A DNA stretch of 25,637 nt, taken from IMG/VR virus record IMGVR_UViG_3300048599_000763, positions 1 through 25,637 of that record. One strand, 5' to 3'. This DNA comes from a virus (Duplodnaviria > Caudoviricetes). How positions within the stretch are numbered: position 1 is the first letter of the stretch; each line of letters starts with the position of its first letter. Below are positions 6,370-15,671 of this stretch, in pieces. The position numbers and the translations under genes were made by a program. The notes beneath the pieces are model-generated. The model had not been told where the DNA came from and made no database searches. It worked only from the letters and a program-made list of their open reading frames with translations.

Positions 6370-8489
6370 CAGGCGATATCCCCGGCCATGTCATAGTCGG
6401 AATAGAGCCCGCGCGCGGCGGCGCGGGTAGGACTCACCGACGGCGCGGCCGGCGCCGGCGCAAACATCGGTGAGATTTTTGGGGTCGCGGTAAAGCCGAG
6501 CAGACCCTCGAAGCGGCGGATATAGTCCTGGATCAGCTTCTCGGTCTTATCCAGCTCCTCGGCGATGCCGTCCCGGAACGTCCTACCCGTCTGCTCGCCC
6601 TGGGGGGTCAGATCGGGAGCCGGAATATCGAGACGTTTTCGTTCGGCCATGAACTCGTCGCGCAGTGTCTCACGCATGGAACGGTTGCCGCGGTTTTCGC
6701 GCAGTCGCTCGCCGAGCGTCGTGCCGGCACGCGGCTCGGTCACCTTGTGCAGGCCGTAGATTGCGGCCAGCACGCCGGCGACGGTGAGACCTGCTCCGAG
6801 AGCGCCAACGCCGGCTCCGGCACCCGCCGCTGTTCCTGCAGCACCACTTCCGGCCGCGCCTGCGGCAACACCGCCGGTCGCGAGCAAGGTCTTCAGTGTT
6901 GCCAAGGGGAACAGCAGCAATGCCGCGCCGGCCAGCTTGACGGTTGCGGCCAGCATGCCAAACGCCTTAGCCAGTCCGATGACGGCAAGAGCGATGGGGC
7001 CGATGAAAGGCGCAAGTCCGGCAAGGCTGATGCCCCAGTCCTTGAGCGAGGCGTCGCCCTTGAGCACGTTTGCGAGCGACTCCCCCAGCGCCTTGAGACC
7101 GTCGGCCAGCCGATCGATGGCGCCTGATTTGTCCAGTGTCTCGATGAAGGAGTGCCAGGCCGCCGACAGCTTGGCGATCGCCGCCGGATAGCCCTGCATC
7201 ATCTTCAGCGCGGCCTCATCGGCAAGCCCGCGACGAAACCCCTCCATCTGGCCGATGGGAGTTTCCAGCGCCTTGGCGGCAGCATCCTCCCCCAGGGTCT
7301 CGTTCATTAGATTGCGCAGCCGCATGGCCTGGCGCGGTTCGACCACCTGCAGGAATTGGCCGAAGGTCACGCCCTTTTCGGCAAGCGCCTTGATCCACTT
7401 CTCCGGGTCGATCTCGGAAACGGACGAGGACAGGAAGTTGTTGACGAATTTTGCGAGTTTTCGGGCGTCCTGGGCCTTCACCTTGCCGCCCCAGGCGCGG
7501 GTGATCGCCTGGATCAGGGCGCTCTGCATGTCCGCTGCCCCGTTCCCACTGTCGAGCAGGCGCTGCAGCTCCGGCCCGATGGCAGAAAAGTCCTTGCCGA
7601 ACTCGACGGCGATGCGCTTGACGAGTTGCCCGGAGGTGATCTTATCGGATCGCTTGGTGAACTCGGCCATGTCGATGCCGAGCTGGGCGTACATGCCGCG
7701 AGCCGAGAGCGTCGGCTGGACGATGTGCTTGAACATCGAGCGCAGTGCCGTGCCGGCCTCGGCGTTCCGGATGCCGGCCTTGTCGAGCATGATGTAGGCG
7801 CCAGCCAGCCACTTGATGTCGACGCCCAGGGCCCGCACCGAGGGGCCGACATATTTCATGGCCTGGACGAAGTCGTTGAAGGTGCCCGGCGCTTTTTGGG
7901 ACACGTACTGGGCAAGATCGGCCAGATAGCCAAAAGTGTCCCGCGCCTGGTCCTTGGTCCGGTAGGCCAGCCCGAAACCCGAAGCCAGCTTCACAAAATC
8001 ATCGGCCAGCTGCGACACCGGCACGTCGGCCGCCATGGCGGCATTGGCGAGCGGCTTGAGCGCCCCCTCGATCGCTTCGATGGTCACGTCGGCTCGCGCC
8101 AGCGAATTAGCGGCGTTCATGACAGTTGCAGGATCGAACAATGAGGTCCGGGTGATGTCGCGGGCGAGATCCTTGATCCGGGCGATCTGCGCGGCGGCAA
8201 TATCCGGGTTCGCGGCCGACAGCCGGTTGGTCGCCTTGGCGAACTCGTAGACATCGTGATGCAGTTTGTAGAGGCCGAGACCTCCGATGCCGGTGGTCAG
8301 CGCGCCGCCGACCGAGCCGACCGCGGTTCGCAGTTGCCGGACGCCCTGGCTCACTTGGCTGACGACGGCGCCGATCGTGACCGATTTCGCCGCCGTGCCG
8401 ATCCCACGCAGCGCGCTGGCGATCCCTCGCGCCGGCCCGCTGACGTCGTCGGTCAGCCGAACAACCAGTTCGGACGTCTGGACTGCCAT
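6369..8489 (-). CDS. Tail tape measure protein
   Basis: 706 aa, Ala/Gly-rich and helical. TP901-type core 'AMKYVGP...AGIRNAEAGTALRSMF' and a hydrophobic region. Lies between the chaperone and U. Confidence 0.93.
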   Translation of the reverse strand: MAVQTSELVVRLTDDVSGPARGIASALRGIGTAAKSVTIGAVVSQVSQGVRQLRTAVGSVGGALTTGIGGLGLYKLHHDVYEFAKATNRLSAANPDIAAAQIARIKDLARDITRTSLFDPATVMNAANSLARADVTIEAIEGALKPLANAAMAADVPVSQLADDFVKLASGFGLAYRTKDQARDTFGYLADLAQYVSQKAPGTFNDFVQAMKYVGPSVRALGVDIKWLAGAYIMLDKAGIRNAEAGTALRSMFKHIVQPTLSARGMYAQLGIDMAEFTKRSDKITSGQLVKRIAVEFGKDFSAIGPELQRLLDSGNGAADMQSALIQAITRAWGGKVKAQDARKLAKFVNNFLSSSVSEIDPEKWIKALAEKGVTFGQFLQVVEPRQAMRLRNLMNETLGEDAAAKALETPIGQMEGFRRGLADEAALKMMQGYPAAIAKLSAAWHSFIETLDKSGAIDRLADGLKALGESLANVLKGDASLKDWGISLAGLAPFIGPIALAVIGLAKAFGMLAATVKLAGAALLLFPLATLKTLLATGGVAAGAAGSGAAGTAAGAGAGVGALGAGLTVAGVLAAIYGLHKVTEPRAGTTLGERLRENRGNRSMRETLRDEFMAERKRLDIPAPDLTPQGEQTGRTFRDGIAEELDKTEKLIQDYIRRFEGLLGFTATPKISPMFAPAPAAPSVSPTRAAARGLYSDYDMAGDIA

Positions 8490-8502
8490 GTGAGATTTGT
8501 TC

Positions 8503-8679
8503 CTATTGCCGGCTGGCGAGGATCTTGTCAGCCTCTACGGCCCAGGCGGCGATGTCGCCCCAGGGCATCGCCAGGAATTCGGTCAGAGGCGTATGCAGGA
8601 CATGCGCCAGGGTCGCGATCACGCCCCGGGCTTCGCGCCAGTCGACGCGAAGACCTCCCGGAAGCGACGGGGCAAAAAA
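8503..8679 (-). CDS. -1 frameshift extension of the tail assembly chaperone (P2 E'-like)
   Basis: The -1 frame after TTTTTTG reads FAPSLPGGLRVDWREARGVIATLAHVLHTPLTEFLAMPWGDIAAWAVEADKILASRQ*. This resembles gpE' C-termini and fills the gap up to the tape measure gene. Confidence 0.8.
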   Translation of the reverse strand, partial: FFAPSLPGGLRVDWREARGVIATLAHVLHTPLTEFLAMPWGDIAAWAVEADKILASRQ

Positions 8680-8975
8680 TCCAGCACCGCCTCCCGGACC
8701 GCCAGCCAGTCGTCCTGATCGAGGGCGCGGATCACTACGGCCGGCGTATCGCACACGAGCGCAAACAGATCGCTGTCGTCGAATTGGCTGGTGATCAGGT
8801 CGGACAGCCGCGTGACCTCGGCGCCGATCATGCGGCGGACAACAATCTCATCGAAACGCCGGCCGTCATACTCGACCGGCCATTCGAGTTGGACTTTGCG
8901 TTCGCGGCTACAGTCTCCGTCCAAGAGCAGCTTTGGCAAGGCCATCTCGGGCGTTGCGCTTATGGTACCGGACAT
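8619..8975 (-). CDS. Tail assembly chaperone (P2 gpE / Mu gp41-like)
   Basis: 118 aa with RBS GGGAGGT. Motifs 'VQLEWPVEYDGRRFDEIVVRR' and 'LDQDDW...VLDFL'. Lies between tube and tape measure. Confidence 0.88.
   Translation of the reverse strand: MSGTISATPEMALPKLLLDGDCSRERKVQLEWPVEYDGRRFDEIVVRRMIGAEVTRLSDLITSQFDDSDLFALVCDTPAVVIRALDQDDWLAVREAVLDFLPRRFREVFASTGAKPGA
8673..8694 (-). promoter_or_regulatory. Programmed -1 ribosomal frameshift signal
   Basis: Minus strand reads GGAGG-CGGTGCTGGA-TTTTTTG, i.e. an internal Shine-Dalgarno (SD)-like motif 10 nt before a T6G slippery run. Confidence 0.78.
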
Positions 8976-8989
8976 AAATCACCTCCCGC

Positions 8990-9526
8990 TCAAGCCGAGG
9001 CCGGAACACGCAGGATCGTGTTCTCGTCGTTGTTCTGATCGGTGCCGTCGATCCGCACCGTGTTGGTAAAAAAGTCCCAGTAGAACTTTTCGCGCCGGTC
9101 GAAGTAGAGCTCGTAGTGGGTGACTTCGTTGATGGTGTAGTCGTTGGCGGCAAGGTCGCCGCGCTTGAACTCGTCCGGCGCGATTTTGCCGAGCCTGCCC
9201 TCCATGATGGCCTTGCCCTCGATGGCCGTGCCGGCGCGTTTGTCGCGGATCACCTGGTAGGCGGTGAAGCGCTTCTTGCCCCTGGCGCCGAGGCCGAACT
9301 GGGAAAGGAGATCCGGATCCCAGCCGACGAGCTTGAATGTCGGCTCGAGCTTCTTGATGCCGAGGCCGACTTCGATCGCGACCCGGGCGCCACCGGCGTG
9401 GTGATCCTGGAATATTTCTTCCAGGGTCGGGAGTCGAAGGTTCTGCAGGGTGAGGTGCTTGGACTTGGTGGGGTCCTCGTCGCCGCAATAGAGGTTCGCG
9501 GCTTCCCACACATAGAGATTGGACAT
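8990..9526 (-). CDS. Major tail tube protein (P2 FII-like)
   Basis: 178 aa with RBS GGAGG. Motifs 'LRLPTL...HHAGG', 'GIKKLEPTFKLVGWD' and 'HYELYFD...VRIDGTDQ'. Follows the sheath gene. Confidence 0.92.
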   Translation of the reverse strand: MSNLYVWEAANLYCGDEDPTKSKHLTLQNLRLPTLEEIFQDHHAGGARVAIEVGLGIKKLEPTFKLVGWDPDLLSQFGLGARGKKRFTAYQVIRDKRAGTAIEGKAIMEGRLGKIAPDEFKRGDLAANDYTINEVTHYELYFDRREKFYWDFFTNTVRIDGTDQNNDENTILRVPASA

Positions 9527-9560
9527 TCATACCTCCGGTTGGGGCCAGTTACCCCGTGGG

Positions 9561-10829
9561 TTACGCCGCGAGCTCGAGTTGGGTGAGGAGATCATTGAGC
9601 AGCGCATCGAGCGCCGGCCGATAGCGCGCCGACTGGATGACGAGGCGCCGCAGCACCGGCGGCTCTTCGGCCTGGAACCGAACAGAAAACTTGCCGAGGC
9701 GCAGTTGCTCAGGCGAGTTCTGGTCCTTGGTGAACCCGACCTTGTAGCCGAGGATGTGCTGGTCGGCCTTCAGGTCCCGCAGCGCGAACTCCATGGTGTT
9801 GAGCACCGACTGGATCGCCTGCCCGGTGATATTGAAGCGGCCGAGGTAATAGCGCAGCGTCTTCAGGAACATCAGGTGGATGAAGTCGCGGCCGCGGACC
9901 TGGTTGTAGAAGGTCCAAAGCGAATCTTCCGAGCAGGTGTCGGTGCCGACATAGACGAAGCCGCCCGACGCGATGGCGGTCTCGACGCCTGCCTCGCCGC
10001 GGATAATGACGCCGCCGTTGAGGGCGAGGATTTCCTGGGCCTCGGTGGCGCCGTCGGTCAACGAGAAGGCGATCGGACGGTTTGGGCCAACAATGCCCTG
10101 GACAGGTTGGTTCGCCCACGAGTGGAATGGAAATCCGTTCTTCTCGAAGTCGCGCCGCACGGCGATGCCAAGGACGCGACCGCTCGCCGGCTTTGTGACA
10201 GTCGAACCATCGACGCCTTCGACCTTGCAGGCCGTTTCGAGCGGGATCAGACGCTCGGACTGCATCGTCTCGCGCCAGTCGGTGAACGCCTGCAACGTGG
10301 ATGCAGGGCCGTCGACAACAGCCACGCCGAGGAGCTTGTTCAGCACCGCCGGCAGTTCGGCGCAGACGGCGTTGGCGTCGTCAGTATCGGCCTGATGGGC
10401 TGTGAAGCCGGGGACCGCAATCAAACGCGGTACCACGCCGAGCTTGGTGCCGGCTTTCGTGAGCGCGTGTATGCCGGTCAGGCTGGCCTGCACGCCGACG
10501 CAGTTCGCGATGTTCTCGGTGAGGGCCGTGACTGGAGTTTCAGAGGTCGAGGCGACGGTTCGCACCAGGACGATGCGGGCTGCGCGCTGGAACTCGGCAA
10601 GCTGCGCGTTAATGCCTGCCACCGCGTCAACGATGTAGTTGTTCGTCCCGAGCGCGGTGAGCGTTGCGGTGTCGTCCGAATTGAACACGATCGGATCGTT
10701 GATGGGGATGCCCTCGGCGGCGTCGGCCATCGGGCCGACCAGACCGACCACGGAAAGGTCGGACGTGATTGCCGGGCGCGGCTCGTTGTTTTCGCGCTGA
10801 AAGGAGATGCCAAAGGTCGGCTCTGTCAT
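9561..10829 (-). CDS. Contractile tail sheath protein (P2 FI-like)
   Basis: ATG at 10829 with RBS AAGGAG, 422 aa. Motifs 'SVVGLVG', 'LGVVPRLIAVPGF', 'PFHSWANQPVQGI' and 'NSPEQLRLGK'. Confidence 0.93.
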   Translation of the reverse strand: MTEPTFGISFQRENNEPRPAITSDLSVVGLVGPMADAAEGIPINDPIVFNSDDTATLTALGTNNYIVDAVAGINAQLAEFQRAARIVLVRTVASTSETPVTALTENIANCVGVQASLTGIHALTKAGTKLGVVPRLIAVPGFTAHQADTDDANAVCAELPAVLNKLLGVAVVDGPASTLQAFTDWRETMQSERLIPLETACKVEGVDGSTVTKPASGRVLGIAVRRDFEKNGFPFHSWANQPVQGIVGPNRPIAFSLTDGATEAQEILALNGGVIIRGEAGVETAIASGGFVYVGTDTCSEDSLWTFYNQVRGRDFIHLMFLKTLRYYLGRFNITGQAIQSVLNTMEFALRDLKADQHILGYKVGFTKDQNSPEQLRLGKFSVRFQAEEPPVLRRLVIQSARYRPALDALLNDLLTQLELAA

Positions 10830-10842
10830 CGGATAGCTCCTT

Positions 10843-10874
10843 CGAAGCAAACGGCCCGCGCGCTGGCGGGTCGT
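10843..10874 (-). terminator. Hairpin / weak terminator upstream of the sheath gene
   Basis: Minus strand reads ACGACCCGC-CAGCGC-GCGGGCCGT (one mismatch) followed by TTGCTTCG. Confidence 0.45.
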
Positions 10875-10909
10875 GATGAAGTGGCTGATGTTGCGGGATG
10901 TGGCGTAAG

Positions 10910-11407
10910 CTACTTCAGGAGCGCCCGCTGGAACATGGAGTGGATCGCCTCGGCGCTGAGATTGAACTCGGTGCCAATGGCGAGAACGTAAGGGTTGTCC
11001 TCGGCCCAGGTGTTCGCGCTCTCCCAGAAGATGCGGACAGCGGTGACCGGATGGCTTTCGCAGATGTCCGCAACGGCGGCGTAGAGGCCGTCGTCGTCGA
11101 GCACGAGCTTCGCGGAAGATGCGTCCACAATGATCGCGCCGGTGTACGGCTCCGAAACAGGAATGTCTTCGAACGCGCCGACAGCAATCACATCATCAGC
11201 GCTGCGCTCGAACGTGAATGAGAGAAGGTGCTTGCCTTTGGGGACAGTGATGGGAGCGACGCGATAGATGCCGATGGTGGCAAGCTCCGCGTCACTCCAG
11301 CATTCGGTGACCTGCCACGGGTGCAGCGTGTCGCCGACAGTGATGGAGGCCCCGATAGGAACCTCCGTAAAGACGTTTGGTGCGACTTCGCGCACGATGT
11401 GGTTCAT
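10910..11407 (-). CDS. Hypothetical tail-fibre-associated protein (possible fibre chaperone)
   Basis: 165 aa from the ATG at 11407 (RBS GGAG). Acidic. The patterns 'WSDAELATIGIYRV' and 'FWESANTW...NLSAEAIHSMFQRA' recur in phage fibre-associated proteins. Synteny supports the call. Confidence 0.6.
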   Translation of the reverse strand: MNHIVREVAPNVFTEVPIGASITVGDTLHPWQVTECWSDAELATIGIYRVAPITVPKGKHLLSFTFERSADDVIAVGAFEDIPVSEPYTGAIIVDASSAKLVLDDDGLYAAVADICESHPVTAVRIFWESANTWAEDNPYVLAIGTEFNLSAEAIHSMFQRALLK

Positions 11408-11409
11408 AT

Positions 11410-11982
11410 TTAACTCCACGAGATAAGGACACAGCCAGCGGTCCCGCCAGTGCCGGGTGTGCCATAGCCGCTGCCGCCGCCGCCGGCAGAACCAACAATG
11501 ACAGTGACTGTAGTTCCCGGAGTTATGACGCCGCTTGAAATGGAAACCCCCGCCCTTCCACCAGCGCCACCACCACCACCACGGCCGGTTCCGTAAACGC
11601 CGCCAGCCCCACCAGCGCCATATCCGTCTGAGGACGTGCCGCCGGCTCCACCGGCGACCCCACTGTTTCCGGTGGTGTTCGTGGTTCCACCAGAGGCCGT
11701 TCCACCAGCACCGCCAGCAGCATTCCCCCCCGCATTCGACGGGGCGCCACCACTTCCGCCGTTGCCAATCACCGCGCCATTGAACGATGACGCGCCACCA
11801 CTGCCACCATATTGCGAGCCTGGACCGGAACCGCCTCCACCGGCTCCTCCTCCGCGGACAATAATCGTCAGTGAGTTGTTCTCAGGGACGGTGAATTGGT
11901 AGGTTCCGGGGGTGGTGAAGCTCTGCGAGCCGGGGATGACGGGCGCCACCATTCCCATCAAACCATCAAGGAAAGGGAGCAT
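11410..11982 (-). CDS. Glycine-rich tail-fibre/receptor-binding-associated protein
   Basis: 190 aa with the architecture 'FTTPGTYQFTVP...VRGGGAGGGG...VTVIVGSAGGGG...GCVLISW', typical of phage Gly-rich domains. Confidence 0.75.
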   Translation of the reverse strand: MLPFLDGLMGMVAPVIPGSQSFTTPGTYQFTVPENNSLTIIVRGGGAGGGGSGPGSQYGGSGGASSFNGAVIGNGGSGGAPSNAGGNAAGGAGGTASGGTTNTTGNSGVAGGAGGTSSDGYGAGGAGGVYGTGRGGGGGAGGRAGVSISSGVITPGTTVTVIVGSAGGGGSGYGTPGTGGTAGCVLISWS

Positions 11983-11983
11983 G

Positions 11984-13132
11984 TCAGGACACCCTCCATC
12001 CGACGCAGATCAACTTCACGAGGTCAGTCCACAGCTTGCCAGAGAGGACTAATGCGAACCCTCCTGCTGCTGTGCTCGCGGTCGGTGCGGTCATAAGGGG
12101 GAAGAAGAACTTGTTGGCCGCATAGCTGACGGTACGCCCTCCGGTGCCATCCTGGATCGCGATGAAGGTCACAGACTGGCCCTGGCGACCATTAGCAAAC
12201 GAGAGTGTGATGTTTCCGGTGAGCGTTGCTCTGAAACACGAGCCTACATCCAGATCGAGCGTGACGTTCCCGGAGACGTTGCCAAGGTCCACGAACCCCG
12301 CGGACGCCCATGCCTGATCGGTCGTAAGCACGTCGGAGCCGCTGTTGGCGCGAATGTTGGCAGCGGTCGCAATCGCCTTGGTGGCTGCGGCACCAAGGCC
12401 GGCGTTGGCAAATAGCTGCATCACCTGCCCGGCGGTCAAGGTCTGCGCCGCATCAAAGCGAAGCCGCGCAGCAAGCGCGTTTGTCATCGTGGTGGCGAAG
12501 TTGGCATCATCACCGAGCGCGGTGGCAAGCTCGTTGAGTGTGTCGAGGGCGGCCGGCGCCGCATCAAGCAGCGCGTTGACCTGCGCCGTCACCCACGCCT
12601 GCGTCGCCGCGGTGAGCAGATTGAACGCGCCGACCGTTCCGTCCGCCTTGCGATAAAACAGAACGCCATCCGCGTGATTGACCGCGAACTCACCCGCATC
12701 GAGCGCGGCCGGCACCTGCCCCGCCACAGTCGAATGAAGCATCCTGATCTTGCCGCCGCTGGGCGCGACGAAGGTTCCCGCATCAAAGCCGCCGGCCAGG
12801 ATCGCATTCACCTGCGAGGCTGTCTGGACGAGGAAGTCCTGAAGCTCACCGTTGACCCGTTCGATCGTGTCGGCGACTTGCTGCTGAGCCGCGTTCAGGA
12901 GCGAGATCGCGGCCTGCATCGCTTGCGTGGATTGTGTTATGAGCGGGTTGAAGGTCTGGTTCACCCGAGCAACGCCGACCGCGATCAGTTCGTCGGCAGC
13001 CTTATTGATCGCCTCGGCGTCCAGTTCGCGGGCGTGCACGCGCAGATCGATGTCTTCGAGGATCGCGTTCCAGAACTTCGACGACGCGAGGTTCGCTCCC
13101 GTCTTGACCTTGTAGGCATCGATCTTGCGCAT
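11984..13132 (-). CDS. Tail fibre protein
   Basis: 382 aa from the ATG at 13132 (TGATG overlap). Contains the P2 gpH-type motif 'APAALDTLNELATALGDDANFATT', 'GEFAVNHADGVLFY', and a C-terminal 'TLTGNITLSF...QDGTGGRTV' domain. Confidence 0.82.
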   Translation of the reverse strand: MRKIDAYKVKTGANLASSKFWNAILEDIDLRVHARELDAEAINKAADELIAVGVARVNQTFNPLITQSTQAMQAAISLLNAAQQQVADTIERVNGELQDFLVQTASQVNAILAGGFDAGTFVAPSGGKIRMLHSTVAGQVPAALDAGEFAVNHADGVLFYRKADGTVGAFNLLTAATQAWVTAQVNALLDAAPAALDTLNELATALGDDANFATTMTNALAARLRFDAAQTLTAGQVMQLFANAGLGAAATKAIATAANIRANSGSDVLTTDQAWASAGFVDLGNVSGNVTLDLDVGSCFRATLTGNITLSFANGRQGQSVTFIAIQDGTGGRTVSYAANKFFFPLMTAPTASTAAGGFALVLSGKLWTDLVKLICVGWRVS

Positions 13133-13338
13133 CAGAATTTCTTGATCGCGGACACGAGCGCGTCCCGGTTGGCTTCGCACACCCGACCCTTCAAGGTCGG
13201 GTCCTGATATGGGCGGATGACCACGCCGCCCACCTCGATGTTCCTGTTGAGCTTGACCTCGTACTGCGCGTTGAGATCGAACACGTCAGGGATTGCGCCC
13301 GGCGCGTCGGTGACGCGCGGCTTGGTCTTCATCGCCAT
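13132..13338 (-). CDS. Small hypothetical tail/baseplate protein
   Basis: 68 aa from the ATG at 13338 (RBS CGGAGA). Its stop overlaps the fibre start, and codon usage is typical. Confidence 0.7.
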   Translation of the reverse strand: MAMKTKPRVTDAPGAIPDVFDLNAQYEVKLNRNIEVGGVVIRPYQDPTLKGRVCEANRDALVSAIKKF

Positions 13339-13399
13339 CGTTTTCTCCGAGGCTCTGTTGGATACGACCGGCGCATCACGCACCCGGTCGTTCGGTCGA

Positions 13400-15658
13400 T
13401 CAGTTCGACCAGTGAATGCGCTCGGCGACGTGGAAGGTGTTGCCGGCGCTGTTCGTGTCGCCCTTCGTCTCGATGGTGAATGCCGAGACCGGCGCCGCGA
13501 GATTGAAGGTGAACCGCCGCGAAGTTCGTTTCTCGACGGTGCTCTCCACTTCGCTCACTACCGCGTCCGCCGTCTCCCACGCGGCCCCGACGCGCAGCCG
13601 CACGACCAGATCGTGCGGGGTGTCGTCAAAATTTTCCAAAAGCGTCTCGACCACGATGGCGTTCGTCGGCGCCGCCAAGGTCTGCTGCTTGGAGATGTGG
13701 GTGAACGACGTTTTCGGACGCGACAGCTTGACGCGCGAGCCGGCAATCACAAGCCCCGGCATGATGTCGCGCGTGCCGACGAAGCGGGCGCGAGCACGGC
13801 AGAGCGGCGGCGCCGAGTTGAACGCCGTGAGGTCATTCGTGGTCAGGCCAATCCAGTCGGTCCCGCCGGTCGGCAAAACCTCATAGATGAGCTGAGTGCT
13901 CTCAGGCACGATGGTGCCCGCCAGGATATCGATGTTGCGGATGCCGCCATCGAGGTTCCAGGCGTTGAGTTCAATCGTCACCTGCGGGGCGCGGAACTTG
14001 GCGCCGTAGAGTTCGAGCATCATGTCCTTGGTCAGGTCGCCCTGGAACCAGGCGCCATCCGTCGAGTAGAAGAACGAGCCATCGAGATACGATTGCCCGG
14101 TCGCCATGCCGACCTTGTGGTTCGCATTCGACACGAGCACGACGGCGTACCGCTTCCCGGCCTTGAGGAAGGTCGGGACGGTGTTGACACGCGTCCAGTC
14201 ACCCGAGATCAGATCGGTGTGGACCACTGTCTGCTTGAGGATGGCTTTGGTCAGGTCGGGGACGCCATTCACGCATTCGACGATGGCCAAGTGGACGTTC
14301 TCGTTCGCCGCCTTCTCCTTCACGAAAAAGCCGAGTTTCGTCAGCCACATATCGTTGGAGTTGAGTATGGTCTGCGCTACCAAAGCACCGGAGATGTGGT
14401 GCTCGCTCACGACGTAGTCCCAATACTCCTCGATGTAGTCGTCCTGCCACACTTGCTGGAAGCGCGGGAAGTGTGCGTTGCCGCCCCAAGTATCGGGCAT
14501 GTCGAGCACCTGGAAGGTGTCGCCGGCCACCTTGAGGGTCATCGTCACCGGGTCGAACTGACCACTGCGGAACCAGGCCGAATTGGTGCAGGCAGTAAAA
14601 ATCGTGCCGTAGCGGAGCCGCTTCCTCGCGATCTGCTTCTGCACGAGGTCGATGGTCTGGAACCCGTATTGCGCGATGCCGACGTCCGATGTGTACGGAT
14701 AGATGCCCATCTTGAACACGCTGTCGTAGGCCGGCAACAGGATGCCGTTCTGCAACGACGCGTTCGGGTCGTTCGTGGAAAACAGCGCCAACTCAAACTC
14801 GTCAGCGTTGTCGTCGGGGAACCGGATGCCCTCCATCACCAGCGCGCTGTGACCGAGGTTCTGCGAGTTCGCGGTGTCAGTATCCGTGTCGTCGAGAAAG
14901 TGGTCCGAACCCCAATCCGAATAGGTGGACGGGAGGTTCACGCGCTCCTTCACGCGGGCGAGGTCGCGATAGACCCGCGTCATGTCGTTCTGCTGCGACT
15001 TCTTGCGCAGTTCGGCCGCCAGAGCGGCGAGGTCAGAGCCGAGCGAGGACACGCGCGGCTCGATAATGCCCTTCCAGGCGTCAATCAGGTCCGCACGGGC
15101 ATTCAGGTTCTCGGTCGATGCGACCTTGTTCTGCACCATCATGGTGATGGCAACCACACCGCTGGTGTCGAGCAGAACGCGGGCGATTTCGACGTCGCCC
15201 ACCGGGATCGCCGGCGGGTTCGGGTCCGCCGTCTCGCTGCCGTCCACCACGTTGAGCACCGCGTCGCGGCTGGTGTGCATCGCCACCGCGTCGGGCTCGG
15301 TGCGGCCCGTCTCGACATCGACGAGGAAGTCCCGCTCCTCGACGTCCGTCTCCGTTTCGACGCCGTGCGCCGTAATCGACACGTACCGCTTCGCCGTGAC
15401 CGGCAGCTTGGCAATCAGCGATTGCACGGTGACGGTCGAGCGGACAAAGATCGCGCCGTTCACGTCATAAAAGCGTCCGGCCGCAATGGTGACTTCAGCC
15501 TGGCCGGTTTTCGTGACGTTGAAGCCGGTGAACCGGCGGGTTGTCGTCACAACGTCAGAGACGATGTGGTCGATGGATTGGCGAGCAAAGGCTTGGATGT
15601 TGGTGTGATCGTCGGCCTGCTGCTCCATCAGGTCTTCAAACTTGACGGTCTTTTCCAT
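13400..15658 (-). CDS. Large baseplate/fibre-attachment structural protein (DUF4815-like)
   Basis: 752 aa with strong GC3 bias and RBS AGAGG. Located after gpI. A coiled-coil is followed by beta-rich domains. The family label is tentative. Confidence 0.65.
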   Translation of the reverse strand: MEKTVKFEDLMEQQADDHTNIQAFARQSIDHIVSDVVTTTRRFTGFNVTKTGQAEVTIAAGRFYDVNGAIFVRSTVTVQSLIAKLPVTAKRYVSITAHGVETETDVEERDFLVDVETGRTEPDAVAMHTSRDAVLNVVDGSETADPNPPAIPVGDVEIARVLLDTSGVVAITMMVQNKVASTENLNARADLIDAWKGIIEPRVSSLGSDLAALAAELRKKSQQNDMTRVYRDLARVKERVNLPSTYSDWGSDHFLDDTDTDTANSQNLGHSALVMEGIRFPDDNADEFELALFSTNDPNASLQNGILLPAYDSVFKMGIYPYTSDVGIAQYGFQTIDLVQKQIARKRLRYGTIFTACTNSAWFRSGQFDPVTMTLKVAGDTFQVLDMPDTWGGNAHFPRFQQVWQDDYIEEYWDYVVSEHHISGALVAQTILNSNDMWLTKLGFFVKEKAANENVHLAIVECVNGVPDLTKAILKQTVVHTDLISGDWTRVNTVPTFLKAGKRYAVVLVSNANHKVGMATGQSYLDGSFFYSTDGAWFQGDLTKDMMLELYGAKFRAPQVTIELNAWNLDGGIRNIDILAGTIVPESTQLIYEVLPTGGTDWIGLTTNDLTAFNSAPPLCRARARFVGTRDIMPGLVIAGSRVKLSRPKTSFTHISKQQTLAAPTNAIVVETLLENFDDTPHDLVVRLRVGAAWETADAVVSEVESTVEKRTSRRFTFNLAAPVSAFTIETKGDTNSAGNTFHVAERIHWSN

Positions 15659-15671
15659 CGCAAACCTCTTG

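Noticed and set aside
8979-9530. 183-aa alternative-frame ORF overlapping the tube gene
   Set aside because: Its ATG is only 1 nt from the GGAGG, and the product is Arg/Pro-rich off-frame sequence. The 9526 start is correctly spaced and gives a recognisable tube protein.
11440-11860. Tandem repeat or CRISPR-like array (ccaccagcgcc-type runs)
   Set aside because: The runs are explained by poly-Gly codons, with no constant repeat-spacer period.
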